Positions 1 to 9,007 of a stretch of DNA of 40,977 nt are shown here, in pieces. The position numbers were made by a program, and so were the translations under genes. Source of the DNA: a virus (lineage: Duplodnaviria; Caudoviricetes); the IMG/VR virus record IMGVR_UViG_3300017544_000279, positions 1 through 40,977 of that record; one strand, 5' to 3'. Within the stretch, counting starts at the first letter, position 1, and each line of letters starts with the position of its first letter. Below the pieces are notes generated by a model, which did not search any database, was not told where the DNA came from, and was given only the letters and a program-made list of their open reading frames with translations.

Positions 1-1029
1 TCATGATCTGGCGCGAGATGCAGCCAGTTTGCGTAGGGCGCGTACGTGCGGTTCCACAAAACGGGCTTGATAGTGACGTCCATAGGAAAGGCGGCGCCAG
101 TATTTTGGGCGCAGCGCCAATAGCCCCAAGACGGTCCGACGGAAAGTCTTGAACTCCCAGCCCCGGGGCGGTTCGGGGATGTCGGCTCCGGACGCTTCTC
201 GATACGCACCATAAACGTCCGCCAAGGGCGCGCGCCTGTTCCACCAGGGCTTGTCGGGGCCCGCATAGTGGATGATGCGCGGCATCACCCTTCCGAAGTT
301 CGTGAACTCGCGAGCGAGAAAGTTATATTCCCGGCCGAGCAGCGTGATGCGCCCCTTGGCGGCAAGATTGATAGCTGTCTGATCAGGGAAATCCAGTGTC
401 GGCCGATCCAGGAGCAGCTTGATCGCCTGCTCGCTTATGCGCTCGACCCGCCACCGGGCCAAATCCATCAGGATCACGCCCGTATTGATGTATTCGTCCC
501 TCCCTACGCCAATCTCAGCGAGTAGTTTCGGACTCATCATCCAGTCCAGAGACCCAGCGGCCAGATTGCCCGCCAGATCGAGCGACCACAGATCTGACAA
601 GTCCGCAGCCACCAAAGCATCGCTGTCGATATAAATCGCCCGATCATGGTCGGGCAGGAGGTCCGGTATCATGAGGCGGGCATAGACCGACCGGGGCCAA
701 TGAACCGGCTTTGGCAACCGTGCCAGAAGATCGTGATCCGCCTGTAGCAGCCCGAAACGAATGCCATGGCGATGGCAGAACGCCTCCAACCTATCCCGAC
801 CTTCGGGGCTTATGCCGGCATCGATGACATAGAACTGTGCGTGGGGATTATGGAGCCAGGCCGAATAGATGAGGATGAGCAAGCCTGGAACGAAATTCGT
901 GTCGCTTCCGCTAACTATGACCACAGAAATGCTCGCTCGCCCTAGCCGATGATCGAGGTCGCGCGGCGAACCGTCCGCAATCCTCAGCGAGCGTGCTCTA
1001 GCATAGGCCCGTGGTTTAGCTAAAGGCAC
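1..1029 (-). CDS. Glycosyltransferase family 8 (RfaJ/WaaJ-like LPS or surface-polysaccharide glycosyltransferase); true start uncertain, possibly GTG at 924
   Basis: GT8 motifs: SDTNFVPGL..LIYS, YARLMIPDLL, IYIDSD (DxD), YINTGVILMDL, DQTAIN, IIHYAGPDKPW. Confidence 0.88.
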   Translation of the reverse strand: MPLAKPRAYARARSLRIADGSPRDLDHRLGRASISVVIVSGSDTNFVPGLLILIYSAWLHNPHAQFYVIDAGISPEGRDRLEAFCHRHGIRFGLLQADHDLLARLPKPVHWPRSVYARLMIPDLLPDHDRAIYIDSDALVAADLSDLWSLDLAGNLAAGSLDWMMSPKLLAEIGVGRDEYINTGVILMDLARWRVERISEQAIKLLLDRPTLDFPDQTAINLAAKGRITLLGREYNFLAREFTNFGRVMPRIIHYAGPDKPWWNRRAPLADVYGAYREASGADIPEPPRGWEFKTFRRTVLGLLALRPKYWRRLSYGRHYQARFVEPHVRALRKLAASRARS

Positions 1030-1137
1030 TCGAGCGCATTTTCGCTCCGCCCCCTATCTTCGGAGCTTCAAAGACTTGGTGGTCCCCGGTGATGGTCGCA
1101 ATCTGACAAGCCGCGCTGTCGATCTGGTCAGTTGGCT

Positions 1138-1659
1138 TCAATTCGCCACGAGACTACCTACGCGGGCGAAGAAGGCATCGATTGCGCCGTCATTTCCCAC
1201 GGTGACATGGCTTGGAAAATCCATCGCCTCCGACGCATGCTCACCCGCAATTCCACCCCGCCCGGCAACTCGGACGACGATTCCACCAAGCGTCCTTATC
1301 GCCGCCGCCTCATTCGCGAACCGACAGTCGTCAACCACGACCCTACCACCGAGATCGAGGCAATCCGCCGCCCGTGCCTGCCAGTGCTTGATCCAGAAAT
1401 CCTCGCCGATGCAAAAGCGGCCCCACTCGGTGCCGAGCGTCTGCATGGCGTGGCGCGGCGTCCTGCCGCCGAGCAGCGCCGACGGCGTCTCCTTCAGCTC
1501 ACCATCGATCTCGGCCTCGCCCAGCCCCAGCGCGCGCAGCATCGCCTTGAGCGGATCGGCGAAGCGCGTTCTGACGAAGCCATGGTGCTCCACGAGGTAG
1601 TGCGCCGCTGTCGTCTTGCCCGAGCCGGCAAGGCCGGTGAATGCGATCACCTTAGTCAT
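1138..1659 (-). CDS. Phage deoxynucleoside monophosphate (dNMP) kinase
   Basis: P-loop GLAGSGKT, FADPLK, TPRHAMQTLGTEWGR, VVVDDCRFANE, HASE. ATG at 1659 overlaps the upstream stop (ATGA). Confidence 0.88.
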   Translation of the reverse strand: MTKVIAFTGLAGSGKTTAAHYLVEHHGFVRTRFADPLKAMLRALGLGEAEIDGELKETPSALLGGRTPRHAMQTLGTEWGRFCIGEDFWIKHWQARAADCLDLGGRVVVDDCRFANEAAAIRTLGGIVVRVAGRGGIAGEHASEAMDFPSHVTVGNDGAIDAFFARVGSLVAN

Positions 1660-2927
1660 GCCGCCTGTCCCTTCCAACTCACCCATTCCTTCGCCTGGGC
1701 GCCGCGCGGCTCTTCGACCCGGACGTTCCAGCGGCTGGTGATGCCGCGGCGCGGATGCACGAACCAGAGCGGCTGCGACGGCTCGGAGGGCGGCGCGCGC
1801 AGGGCGTTCTTGGCGAATTCGTCAAAACCCTTCACGCTGTTAGCGACGATGGCGCGCGGCAGCCAGAGCTCCTGGTGCCAATGCCCCATCAGGAGCACGT
1901 CATAGTCGCGGCCCGAGCTCGTCGCCTGGCCGCGCGTCTTGACCTCGCCGCGCATGATCGGGCCGATCGCGCCGATGATGCCGTCGCCACCCTTCACGCC
2001 CAGCATGTCGCCATGCATGGCGAGGTAGCGCTGGCCATAGATGCGGTAGTGCACCTCGTTCGCCTCGGGAATGTCGAAGACGATCTCGCGCACGCCCTCA
2101 TAATGGCGGGCGAGCAACTGGTAGATCAGCCAGTCGAAATTCTTGAACACGTAGCGCTTGTGCTCGGGCTTCGGCGTGGCGCGGCCGTGATTGCCGGCGG
2201 CGCAGGGAACGTAGAGCCGGCGGAAAGCGCCCAGCATCTCGTCGATCGCCCAGATCAGGAGATCGCGCACCTGAAGCGCGGCCGGAATCGCCTCTTCCAC
2301 ATCGGTCTTCGCGAGCTCGGGATGCAGCCCGCCAGAGACGAAATCCCCGAGCAGGTTCAGGACAGCGCCGGGATAGTCTCCTGGTCCATGATGGCGGGCC
2401 AGGTGGATGGTCGAGCCGACCAGGCGCCGGACGCGGGCCTTGGCGATTTCGGGATCATAGGCGTTGAGGCCATTGGTCTCGGCGCGGCTCACCCGCTCGC
2501 CATAGTGCCAGTCGGACCAGATCATGGCCGGAACTTCCTGCGTTCGGCCGCCGCCGGCCTTGGCCGGATCGATCATCCACTCGGGCGGCGTCGCCGGCGC
2601 CGCGGCGATGCGGCCGAGCAGGATGCGCATCGCCTCTTCGGAAAGCGCCTCGCGATGCGCCTCCTTCAGCGAGCGCGTCAGCCGCGCCACCTCGTCGCGC
2701 AGGCGGATGATCTCCCGATCCCGAGGCGATCCCCCGATCTGAGCCGAGGCTGGCGCCTTGGCAGGGCCTTCCGTCGCCATGCCGAGAAGCCGCTTCCGCT
2801 CGGCGACGGTGTTGCGGGAATAGCCGAGCGCGCGGGCGATCCCCGCGACGCTCTCGCCCAGGCGGAGCCTGACGTCGATCGCGGCGCGATCCTTGTCCGA
2901 GATATGCTTGCCGATGCGGCTGGTCAT
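1656..2927 (-). CDS. N-terminal HTH fused to a calcineurin-like metallophosphoesterase
   Basis: HTH-like GESVAGIARALGYSRNTV, a coiled coil, then SDWHYGE, LLGDFVSG, AGNHGR, MHGD, GHWH metal-binding motifs. Confidence 0.8.
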   Translation of the reverse strand: MTSRIGKHISDKDRAAIDVRLRLGESVAGIARALGYSRNTVAERKRLLGMATEGPAKAPASAQIGGSPRDREIIRLRDEVARLTRSLKEAHREALSEEAMRILLGRIAAAPATPPEWMIDPAKAGGGRTQEVPAMIWSDWHYGERVSRAETNGLNAYDPEIAKARVRRLVGSTIHLARHHGPGDYPGAVLNLLGDFVSGGLHPELAKTDVEEAIPAALQVRDLLIWAIDEMLGAFRRLYVPCAAGNHGRATPKPEHKRYVFKNFDWLIYQLLARHYEGVREIVFDIPEANEVHYRIYGQRYLAMHGDMLGVKGGDGIIGAIGPIMRGEVKTRGQATSSGRDYDVLLMGHWHQELWLPRAIVANSVKGFDEFAKNALRAPPSEPSQPLWFVHPRRGITSRWNVRVEEPRGAQAKEWVSWKGQAA

Positions 2928-3012
2928 GCGTGAGCCTTGCCTGTCTTGGCGATGAAACGCGGCCATGGGCCTGGGATGGGGGGATCGCGGCGCGACGCCG
3001 CGATCGAATTGG

Positions 3013-3351
3013 CTAGTCGGGGGGAAAGGCGCGATCGCTCAGGAAGCCCGGCGCGCGCTGGCGCAGGCGACGCAACACGGCATGGAATCCGGAGACGAAG
3101 ATCATGCCACCGACGCCGGTGAGGAAGGTGGCGCCGCGATCGAGAGGCGCCCCGGCGACGGAGGTCCAGCGCGCCATGATCTCGATCGTGAAGGGCGTCA
3201 GGTAGACGGCGGAGAGCGTGCCCACGGTGAGCGCCGCGAGGCGCAGGCGAAACGTGCCATTCGTCATGATGGCGCTCGCCGCGCCGCCGGCGAAGGCGGC
3301 GAGCAAGGTTTCTCCCTTGACGCCAAGGACCACCTGGAAGGGATCGGTCAT
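3013..3351 (-). CDS. Small multi-pass membrane protein in lysis cassette (putative holin)
   Basis: MTDPFQVVLG start overlaps the upstream stop (TGATG); about three hydrophobic segments and a basic C-terminus. Confidence 0.6.
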   Translation of the reverse strand: MTDPFQVVLGVKGETLLAAFAGGAASAIMTNGTFRLRLAALTVGTLSAVYLTPFTIEIMARWTSVAGAPLDRGATFLTGVGGMIFVSGFHAVLRRLRQRAPGFLSDRAFPPD

Positions 3352-3764
3352 CAGCCGCGCCTCCGGATCGCCACCGCCGCGGCGATCGAGCTGACACCCT
3401 TCGACACCGCCTGCACACCAAAGAAGGAGAGCAGGATCGCGCCCTGCCATTGGTCGAAGGGCGGCGGGAAGGCGGGAATGCGCCAGCCGAGCCGGAAGCA
3501 GGTATCGAGGCCGACGAGCACGTAGTGCAGCGTCGCCGTGCCGGCAATGAGCGCCGTGATCAGACGCATTTCCCAATGACCGGCGGTGGCGAGCCGGATC
3601 TCGCGCGCGTTCTGCCGCGCCGCCGTCTCGGCGTCGATGCGGCGGATCGCGACCTCGGCCGCGATCCGCTCCTTTTCCACGCCGCGATCCTGGCGGTCGG
3701 CCAGGATGCCGCGCAATTCGCCGAGCAGGCCGCCGCCCAGCAGCTTGAGCAGAAAGGAGACCAT
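3351..3764 (-). CDS. Lysis-cassette membrane protein (holin-like)
   Basis: Amphipathic N-terminus, coiled coil, two hydrophobic segments ending ILLSFFG; downstream of the endolysin. Confidence 0.6.
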   Translation of the reverse strand: MVSFLLKLLGGGLLGELRGILADRQDRGVEKERIAAEVAIRRIDAETAARQNAREIRLATAGHWEMRLITALIAGTATLHYVLVGLDTCFRLGWRIPAFPPPFDQWQGAILLSFFGVQAVSKGVSSIAAAVAIRRRG

Positions 3765-3768
3765 GGGC

Positions 3769-3960
3769 TCACCCTTCCACCGGATCGTCGACCCGCGGCC
3801 GGTTCGGAAACAGCCAGACCGAGAAGGCGGTGGCGGCGGACATGACGAGCTCGACCCAGAGATCGTCGGTCCCCGTCAGGTCGATGCCGAGGCGGCGATA
3901 GACGAGAAGCAGGATCAGCCCGATCGCCGCGGCGACGAGCTTGCGGTATGGCGCGAACAT
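3769..3960 (-). CDS. 63-aa two-TM membrane protein (holin/antiholin candidate)
   Basis: Two hydrophobic segments; immediately after the endolysin. Confidence 0.6.
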   Translation of the reverse strand: MFAPYRKLVAAAIGLILLLVYRRLGIDLTGTDDLWVELVMSAATAFSVWLFPNRPRVDDPVEG

Positions 3961-3969
3961 GGGAGGACC

Positions 3970-4869
3970 TCAGCGGTTGAAGCGGGCGCGGATCTCGTCG
4001 CGGTAGCGCCAGGCGAGCCAGCCGAGCGCGACGAGGGTGACGAGCACGACGCCGGAGCCGACCAGCCAGGCCGAGACACCGGCGGCGTCGAGGATCTCAG
4101 GCCGCGCCGCGTCGGTGACGGGAACGCCGGCGGTTGCGACGGCGCCCGTCGCCGCCTGCGTCGCGGCCTTGCGGCCCAGATCGATCATGCGGGCGAGCGC
4201 CGCCCGCGTCGCCGGCCCGGCCACGCCGTCGACGACGAGGTTCGGATGGCTGCGCTGCAGCGCCTTCACCGCGTTCTCGGTCGTCCGGCCATAGATGCCG
4301 TCGGCGCCGACGGCGAAGCCGGCGGCGGAAAGGTCACTCTGGAGCGCCTTCACGGCCTCGCCGCTCGCGCCGCGCTTCAGGACCGCATCGGTTGCGAAGG
4401 TGGCCTTGCCCTTGCCGTCGACGGCATAGCGCCCGTCGAGGATCAGATCGGCCTCGCGCTGGCGCCGCGCCGTCAGGCCGGCCACCCCCTTGCCGCCGGC
4501 CTTGTTCCAGAGCAGCAGCCCGGCCCGGACGCCGGCGCGGTTGCCTGCCTTCCAGGACTTCACCCAGCTCGCCCGGCCAATCGCGCCGGTGTTGAAGTGA
4601 AAGCTTGCGCCACCGTCGAACTCATGCGGCTTGGCGCCCGGCATCGCCTTGGCGACGGCGGGCTCATAGTTGCGCTGCAGGGCCTGGGCCAGCAGGGCGC
4701 GGCTCTCGGCGCGCGAGATGCGCATGCCGGCCTTCGGCCTGACGACACCGGACGCCGCCGTCAGGCCGACGCCGATGGTCCACACCCCGGCCACATCGCG
4801 ATAGGCCGTCAGCACCTCGCCTTCATCGGCAATAAGCTGCTCGAGCCCGGAAGCGCTCATCCGTGCCAT
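3970..4869 (-). CDS. Endolysin: GH24 lysozyme + peptidoglycan-binding domain + C-terminal TM segment
   Basis: EGEVLTAYRDVAGVWTIGVG (E-x8-D-x5-T triad), GLTARRQREADL, LKRGASGEAVKALQ..DGIYG..DGVAGPAT; GGAG RBS before ATG 4869. Confidence 0.92.
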   Translation of the reverse strand: MARMSASGLEQLIADEGEVLTAYRDVAGVWTIGVGLTAASGVVRPKAGMRISRAESRALLAQALQRNYEPAVAKAMPGAKPHEFDGGASFHFNTGAIGRASWVKSWKAGNRAGVRAGLLLWNKAGGKGVAGLTARRQREADLILDGRYAVDGKGKATFATDAVLKRGASGEAVKALQSDLSAAGFAVGADGIYGRTTENAVKALQRSHPNLVVDGVAGPATRAALARMIDLGRKAATQAATGAVATAGVPVTDAARPEILDAAGVSAWLVGSGVVLVTLVALGWLAWRYRDEIRARFNR

Positions 4870-4909
4870 GTCTCGTCTCCAGATTGTTCGGGAAGGTCGG
4901 GCCGCGGCC

Positions 4910-5938
4910 CTATCGTTCATCCTCGCCGACGCCGTCGCCCGGCTTGACGAGATCGAGCGCCGTCACGAAGCCGCGGCCGCGCGTCAGCGAATGGGTCACC
5001 GTCTCGATCGTATAGGCGCCGTCGACACCCCGCCGGACCCCGGCGATCTCGGCCGCCCCCTCGGGCGTCGCTGTCGGGTTGCCGGTGATCTCGACGCGGC
5101 CACCGCCCTTGGCGCGCTCCGCCTCGGCCTGCTCCGAGCCGGCGGCGCGGCCGGCGGCGTCGGCATCGGCCGCCGTCTCCGGCAAGGTCTGCTCGCCGCC
5201 GTCCTCATCCTCGGTCTCGACCGTCTCGGTGCGGAGGCGACCTTCCTTCAGGTCGTACCATCGCGCCTTGACCTTGCTGAAACGCGGGCGGCCATGGTCC
5301 GGCGCGATGTCGAGCGAGAGCAGATTGTCGCCGGGGCGCACCACGATCGACGGCAACGGCTTGCCGCCGGCCGACATCCCCGAAGAGCGCGGCGCCAGCA
5401 CCGCCTCGCGGCCGCCAGTGAATTTGAAGGTCGTGCCGGTCTCGCGCGCGATCCGGCGGCCGAAGGCGACGAGGCTCTCGCCATCCATGCCCCACCAGGC
5501 GCGCCGGATGGCCCCGAGGCTCTCATGCACCTTGACCGTGACACCCGCGTCCTCGCCCGCCTCGCGGAGCACCGTGGCAAGATCGGTATCGTCCCAATGC
5601 CGTTCGCGCGGGGCCTTCACGCCGCCGCGCGTATCCATGCCCTTCGCCGCGATCTGCATCCGCAGCCCGGCGCCGCGATCGTATTTCGAGCGGACATCGT
5701 CAACCCCGCCGGCAAAGACCGGCACCAGCCCGCCCCGCCAGGGAAGCTCGACGGCCACGCGCGCGCCGCGCCGTGGCATGACGATCCGGCCACCGGGATC
5801 GGCGAGCAGCAGCGTCGCCGTGTCGGAGACGGTTCCCGCCTTGTCGGTCACGGAGAGATCGACGAGGATCGGCCGCAAGCGCTCGGTGATGTCGAGCCCG
5901 TCGATCGAGACCCGGAAGATGATCCCCGTCAGTCCCAT
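4910..5938 (-). CDS. Phage late control D / baseplate hub protein (P2 gpD-like)
   Basis: DITERL..LSVTDKAG..SD N-terminus and GVDGAYTIETVTHSL C-terminus; position after gpX. Confidence 0.85.
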   Translation of the reverse strand: MGLTGIIFRVSIDGLDITERLRPILVDLSVTDKAGTVSDTATLLLADPGGRIVMPRRGARVAVELPWRGGLVPVFAGGVDDVRSKYDRGAGLRMQIAAKGMDTRGGVKAPRERHWDDTDLATVLREAGEDAGVTVKVHESLGAIRRAWWGMDGESLVAFGRRIARETGTTFKFTGGREAVLAPRSSGMSAGGKPLPSIVVRPGDNLLSLDIAPDHGRPRFSKVKARWYDLKEGRLRTETVETEDEDGGEQTLPETAADADAAGRAAGSEQAEAERAKGGGRVEITGNPTATPEGAAEIAGVRRGVDGAYTIETVTHSLTRGRGFVTALDLVKPGDGVGEDER

Positions 5939-6162
5939 AGCCGCACCACAGCGATCGCCGTCTCGCTGACCTCGGCACGTCGCGGCAGGTCTACGACCGT
6001 GCCCGGCGGGATCTGCGCGCCCCGCGCCGCGAGCCCGACATTCATATCGAGCGCCTTTTCGACGAGGCCCGCCACATGGGCGCGATCGCGGCGCGCCAGC
6101 ATCTGGTCGAGCCGAACCCCGCGCCCCGTGACGGTGACGCGGTCGAAGATCGGATCCGTCAT
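5929..6162 (-). CDS. Tail protein X (P2 gpX-like)
   Basis: 77 aa, N.GLA..G..IPPGTVVDLP and terminal VRLWD signature. Confidence 0.85.
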   Translation of the reverse strand: MTDPIFDRVTVTGRGVRLDQMLARRDRAHVAGLVEKALDMNVGLAARGAQIPPGTVVDLPRRAEVSETAIAVVRLWD

Positions 6163-6171
6163 CGCAGAGCC

Positions 6172-6594
6172 TCAGGAAAAGAGATTGTAGAGCTGCTCGA
6201 ACAGCGACGGCGCGGAGGGCTGCGCCGCCGCCTCGAGCGTTATCTCGACCTCGATCATCCGGCCGACGCCGCCGGCATCGAGATAGGACGAAGTCTCGCT
6301 GACCTGCGTCACCAGCACGAAGCCATGCACCGTTCCGTCGCCCCGCACCATCAGTTGCGGCACCGCGCCCTTGCGGATCGCATGCAGGACGTCGAGCGAG
6401 GAGAGCCCGCCGAACTTCTCCGGAAAGAGAACGGCCGAGATCGTCCAGCTTTCCTCGCCCGGGCCGACATGCTCATGCGGGCGCGGCGCGCCGATAACGT
6501 CATGGCGCGCGAAATCCTCGCCCGCCTGATGGCCGATCTCGCGCGCGTTGAACGGCGCGACATCGAAAACGAGGGGGCCGATCGAAAGCAGCAT
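6172..6594 (-). CDS. Tail protein U (P2 gpU-like)
   Basis: MLLSIGPLVF..FARHDVIG..EHVGPGEESWTI..VLFP; position after tape measure. Confidence 0.85.
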   Translation of the reverse strand: MLLSIGPLVFDVAPFNAREIGHQAGEDFARHDVIGAPRPHEHVGPGEESWTISAVLFPEKFGGLSSLDVLHAIRKGAVPQLMVRGDGTVHGFVLVTQVSETSSYLDAGGVGRMIEVEITLEAAAQPSAPSLFEQLYNLFS

Positions 6595-8564
6595 CACGAG
6601 AACCTGACATCTTCGAAGCCGCCGCGCAGATGATCGGCGACCTTCTGCCCGCTCTGGTAGCTCTTGGTCTGCGTCGCCGGCACGGCGGCGTCACTGGCGG
6701 CCAGGCTGACATTCACCCTGGGGCTGGCGGAGAAAGACAGCTTCGACTGGATCCTGCCGACGAAGGCATCGACCTCGGCCTCCGCCGCCGTCATCTGCGA
6801 TTGCAGGCCGGCGCGGTAGCTGCCCATCGTCATTTCGGCCTGGGGCGAGAGGTCCACGGCGCCGACCTTGGGCGGCAGCAACTCCGGTGCCTCATACGCA
6901 CTCGGCGGAAAGGCACCGGCCTGCTCCGGCGCGAGGCCGCCAGGCTCCTTCAGGTCGATACGGGCATCGCCATGGCCAAATCCGGTCCGGCCGTTTCGCG
7001 TAAAGTCGAACTCACCGCCATAGTCGCCGGCCTCGGTCGTTGTTCGAACGGCACGCGCGCCCGCTGGATCCATCCCGTGGCGACCGCCGGGACCGCGGCT
7101 CACCGATTCATAGAGCTCACCGAGGTCCCGGTAGGCCGCCTGGCGCCCCGCTTCGGCGGCCTCCCGCGCCACCTCCTCGGCATTGCGGAACAGCGCCGTA
7201 TAAGCATTCGAACTCCAGCCCATGGCTTCGCCGAGTTCCGGCGCCTTGCCAGAGGCGGCACGATAGGCCTCGATGAAGGCATTCGCGCGAGGATCCTCCG
7301 CGAGCATTCCCATCGTGCCGGCGTCGCGCTGCTCCTGGATGGCGCCCCACATCCCGATCTGCTTGCCGCGCGCCGAGACCTGATCAAGCTTCCCGGCGGC
7401 GCCATCGGCGGCCGCGGCAATACCCTCGAGCATGGCGGTGAAGCCGGCGGCATCGGCCAGCTTGCCAAGCGACTGCCCGGCATTGGCCGTGGCGTTGGAA
7501 AAGCGATCCATCGAGGACGCGGCGTCGCCGGTCACCCGGTTGAGGTCCTTCATCACCGAACCTTCGGCGTTCTGAAGGATGCCCATGATCTCCTTGTAGA
7601 GATCGCGCTGCGACATCAACGCCCGAACGCCCTGCTGCAGCTGGGCATCGGTAAAGAGCTGGTTGATCTTGGAAAGGTCGCCCTTCGTCGCCTGCTGGGT
7701 CAGATCGAGGAAGACCTGCATCACGTCCTGGCCCGACCTGCGGGCGGCGTCGAGTTGCCCCCGGAGGTCATCGACGCCCATCTTCGAGAACTTCTTGACG
7801 GTTTCGTCGGAGGTCATCTTCTGAAGCACGTTCTGAAGATTGGTGGCCGCGCTCGACGCATCGCCGGTCTGGGTGCGCACCACCTGTAGCATGGCGACGA
7901 GCTTCGAGAGCCCCGCCTCGCCCTCATAGCCCAGCGCCGCCATCGCCGGCGCCAAGGAGGGGATGTACTGCGCCATGTCCTTCAGTTCGAACTTGCCGGC
8001 CTTGCCGCCGGCAACCAGGATATCGAAGGCGGACTGCATCCGGTCGGCGGCCACGCCGAAGGACCCGGCGATGGCATCGGCCGAATTGGCGATGTCGGCT
8101 GTCTCGGCACCCGCCGCCTGCGCCGTACGCGTCACGGCGGGCAGGAATGCCATCGCATCCGGCAGGGAGCGCCCGGCGGCGACCAGGGCGTCGAGGCCGG
8201 CCACCACGTCCTCGAGCGGCAGCGCCACATCCTGGGCAAGCTGCTTCACCTCGCTTGACGCGGCCGCCACCTGGCCCGTCGTCGCCTCGGCCGTGATGCC
8301 GATCCGCGTCATCTGGCGATCGAAGGAGGCGAACGCCCTTTCTGCCGACATGACACCGCGGGCGACACCGCGCATGCCACCGGCCGCGACAAGCAGATTG
8401 CGACCACCGGCGAGAAATCCCGCCAGATTGCCCTCCTCCCTGACGGAGCGATTCACCCGGCGCATGGCCTGATCCATGTCTCCGGCAGCCTTGGCCACCT
8501 TGCCCGCGTTCGGGCTGAAGGCGTCGAGCAGACGCATGGTCAGGGTGGAAACGATCGATGCCAT
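6594..8564 (-). CDS. Tail tape measure protein
   Basis: 656 aa, Ala-rich helical, GKAGKFELKDMAQYIP motif typical of tape measures. Confidence 0.88.
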   Translation of the reverse strand: MASIVSTLTMRLLDAFSPNAGKVAKAAGDMDQAMRRVNRSVREEGNLAGFLAGGRNLLVAAGGMRGVARGVMSAERAFASFDRQMTRIGITAEATTGQVAAASSEVKQLAQDVALPLEDVVAGLDALVAAGRSLPDAMAFLPAVTRTAQAAGAETADIANSADAIAGSFGVAADRMQSAFDILVAGGKAGKFELKDMAQYIPSLAPAMAALGYEGEAGLSKLVAMLQVVRTQTGDASSAATNLQNVLQKMTSDETVKKFSKMGVDDLRGQLDAARRSGQDVMQVFLDLTQQATKGDLSKINQLFTDAQLQQGVRALMSQRDLYKEIMGILQNAEGSVMKDLNRVTGDAASSMDRFSNATANAGQSLGKLADAAGFTAMLEGIAAAADGAAGKLDQVSARGKQIGMWGAIQEQRDAGTMGMLAEDPRANAFIEAYRAASGKAPELGEAMGWSSNAYTALFRNAEEVAREAAEAGRQAAYRDLGELYESVSRGPGGRHGMDPAGARAVRTTTEAGDYGGEFDFTRNGRTGFGHGDARIDLKEPGGLAPEQAGAFPPSAYEAPELLPPKVGAVDLSPQAEMTMGSYRAGLQSQMTAAEAEVDAFVGRIQSKLSFSASPRVNVSLAASDAAVPATQTKSYQSGQKVADHLRGGFEDVRFS

Positions 8565-8665
8565 CTAGCTTCCTCGCTTGCCGGCATCGATCGCCTGCGC
8601 GAGACCGGCCGTTGAACCCCCGCTGCCTGTCATGGCAAGCTTCTCGAGACTCGGGGGAGTTTGGA

Positions 8666-9007
8666 ATGCGAACGCTGCTGCTTGCCGGTTGTGGATTGAT
8701 GCTGGGCCTATCCATCGCCCGGGCAGAGGTAGGATCGGACATCCGCAGCCTTTGCGAAGAAGAATGGCCCGATGAGTTCTCGATGCAGGAATTCTGCATC
8801 AAGGAAGAGACTGCCAGTCACGCCGCCGTGCAAAGGGCCAGGTCCAGTTCGATCGACGCCCACCCGATCGGTACGAAGATCTTCAAGAAGTGCCTGCGCG
8901 AATGGACAGGCGAGCTGACAGAGTGGTCGATGGTCGAGTTCTGTCTGGAGGAGGAGGTTGGCAGCTACAATCGGCTGCACCCGGACAAGGCGATCGAACT
9001 GGACTAG
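8666..9007 (+). CDS. Putative secreted Cys-repeat protein (moron), antisense inside the tail operon
   Basis: GGGGGAG RBS before ATG 8666; signal-peptide-like MRTLLLAGCGLMLGLSIARA; duplicated C..EW...SM.EFC..EE motif. Confidence 0.72.
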   Translation: MRTLLLAGCGLMLGLSIARAEVGSDIRSLCEEEWPDEFSMQEFCIKEETASHAAVQRARSSSIDAHPIGTKIFKKCLREWTGELTEWSMVEFCLEEEVGSYNRLHPDKAIELD

